22,423 bases of DNA, from positions 1 through 22,423 of IMG/VR virus record IMGVR_UViG_3300002219_000051; one strand, written 5' to 3'. The DNA is from a virus. Under the pieces are notes generated by a model, which saw nothing but the letters and a program-made list of their open reading frames with translations, did not search any database and was not told the origin of the DNA. The position numbers and the translations under genes were made by a program. Numbering within the stretch: position 1 is the stretch's first letter; every line of letters begins with the position of its first letter. Shown one piece after another: positions 21,636 to 22,423 of this stretch.

Positions 21636-22367
21636 ATGACTCCCCTCACCCTCAACCTCAACTACGTCGCCCCGGTGGACCTCCTCGAAGCAACTGCTCG
21701 CGGGCAGCCCCGGACGATCCTCCTGATCATCGATTGGGAGCACAAGACGATCAGCGCCGAGACCAAAGACCCCGAGGACAACACGACGCCGGAGACCCGC
21801 TGGCACGGCCTCGAAGATACTTACTCCCTGCCCCCCCTCACGGACGCGACGCAGCTCCGCCAGTGGGTCGAGGACGAGGTGCTGCCCCGCGCTGCACCGC
21901 TCGCGGAAGCCTATCAGACTATCTGGGAGGATGTCAAGTGTTTCGGCAGGTTCCCCGGGCACGAGCAGGAGAAGGAGGACTTTGATCACTGGATGGCGAC
22001 GCACGAGCCGCCTCTGCACGACGGCGGGCTCTGGTCGGTCGAGGACTGGCTCGCGGGAGGGGTGCCGGAGATCCGGGCGGATACTCCTGACGATAACTCT
22101 CTGCTCCGGATCGCGTGCGATATCCACCACGAGGCGGAGCAGGCAAACGTGGTGCTCATTGGTGGTGGCCCGGCTGTGATCTGGCACCTCCAGAATCTCC
22201 GGGACGGGCTGCGCGAGGCCCCCGACACCCCGGACCACTACGAGATCGACGGCTACGAGGTGCTGGAGCGCACCCCCCGGCACTACTCCGGGCAGAGCAG
22301 CAGCACCCTTTACTTGCCGAAAGAGTGGGGAAACAAGAGAGTGAAGGTCGTGAGGATCGACCCGTGA
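21636..22367 (+). CDS. DUF2080-domain fusion protein, copy C (243 aa)
   Basis: Same length and architecture as 19142-19873. Confidence 0.8.
   Translation: MTPLTLNLNYVAPVDLLEATARGQPRTILLIIDWEHKTISAETKDPEDNTTPETRWHGLEDTYSLPPLTDATQLRQWVEDEVLPRAAPLAEAYQTIWEDVKCFGRFPGHEQEKEDFDHWMATHEPPLHDGGLWSVEDWLAGGVPEIRADTPDDNSLLRIACDIHHEAEQANVVLIGGGPAVIWHLQNLRDGLREAPDTPDHYEIDGYEVLERTPRHYSGQSSSTLYLPKEWGNKRVKVVRIDP
22226..22309 (+). repeat. 84-bp inverted repeat arm with 19200-19283
   Basis: Direct sequence comparison. Confidence 0.9.
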
Positions 22368-22371
22368 GGTG

Positions 22372-22423
22372 ATGACAATGGAAGAACAAAGAACCTACAC
22401 CCCCGCCGAGATCCGCCAGTTAG
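22372..22423 (+). CDS. Start of a further gene, truncated by the window edge
   Basis: GAGGTG SD, then atg aca atg gaa gaa caa aga acc tac..., open to the end. Confidence 0.55.
   Translation, partial: MTMEEQRTYTPAEIRQL

Larger units (their letters stand above)
1..22423. mobile_element. Tailed archaeal virus / provirus segment (early, replication and DNA-packaging modules)
   Basis: TerS-TerL-portal cluster, Bet, SF3 helicase, many small coupled ORFs, TATA/SD signals. No att site or integrase in the window, so integrated vs free virus is undetermined. Confidence 0.93.

Noticed and set aside
19142-22367. Possible diversity-generating retroelement TR/VR pair
   Set aside because: Both copies are intact coding genes, differences are mostly synonymous and not adenine-specific, and there is no reverse transcriptase in the window.
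1-22423. Apparent scarcity of CTAG (noticed only near 9153 and 13515)
   Set aside because: Not exhaustively counted, and CTAG avoidance is common in many prokaryotes; an observed/expected tetranucleotide count would be needed.

Overview
The window is a GC-rich fragment of a tailed archaeal virus or provirus (Caudoviricetes). The host is probably a methanogen such as Methanomicrobiales. This is inferred from TATA-type promoters, AGGTGA/GGAGG Shine-Dalgarno (SD) motifs, DUF2080 and RHH proteins; no taxonomic search was run. From right to left it has three parts. (i) An early region (17.9-22.4 kb) built from three near-identical promoter-operator-SD-ATG modules. Each drives a short gene run containing a DUF2080 (AbrB-like) C-terminal module. 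A ~230-bp imperfect palindrome lies at the point of divergence, and two 732-bp paralogues flank the region in inverted orientation. (ii) A ~12-kb minus-strand, translationally coupled recombination/replication operon bracketed by two RHH regulators. It encodes a ParB-HTH-MTase, Bet recombinase, many Cys-rich proteins, a C5 methyltransferase with an overprinted second subunit, an ASCH protein, a D5/P4-type SF3 helicase followed by an iteron-like origin, and a resolvase-like nuclease. (iii) The start of the late operon: membrane protein, TerS, TerL, a portal-MuF-HTH triple fusion and a truncated decoration/fibre-like gene. No integrase, tRNA, rRNA, CRISPR array or reverse transcriptase was seen. 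The most interesting features are the promoter/DUF2080 cassette array with an apparently invertible core, and a 31-bp module shared by the putative origin and the divergent early promoters. All family calls come from motif recognition, not database searches.
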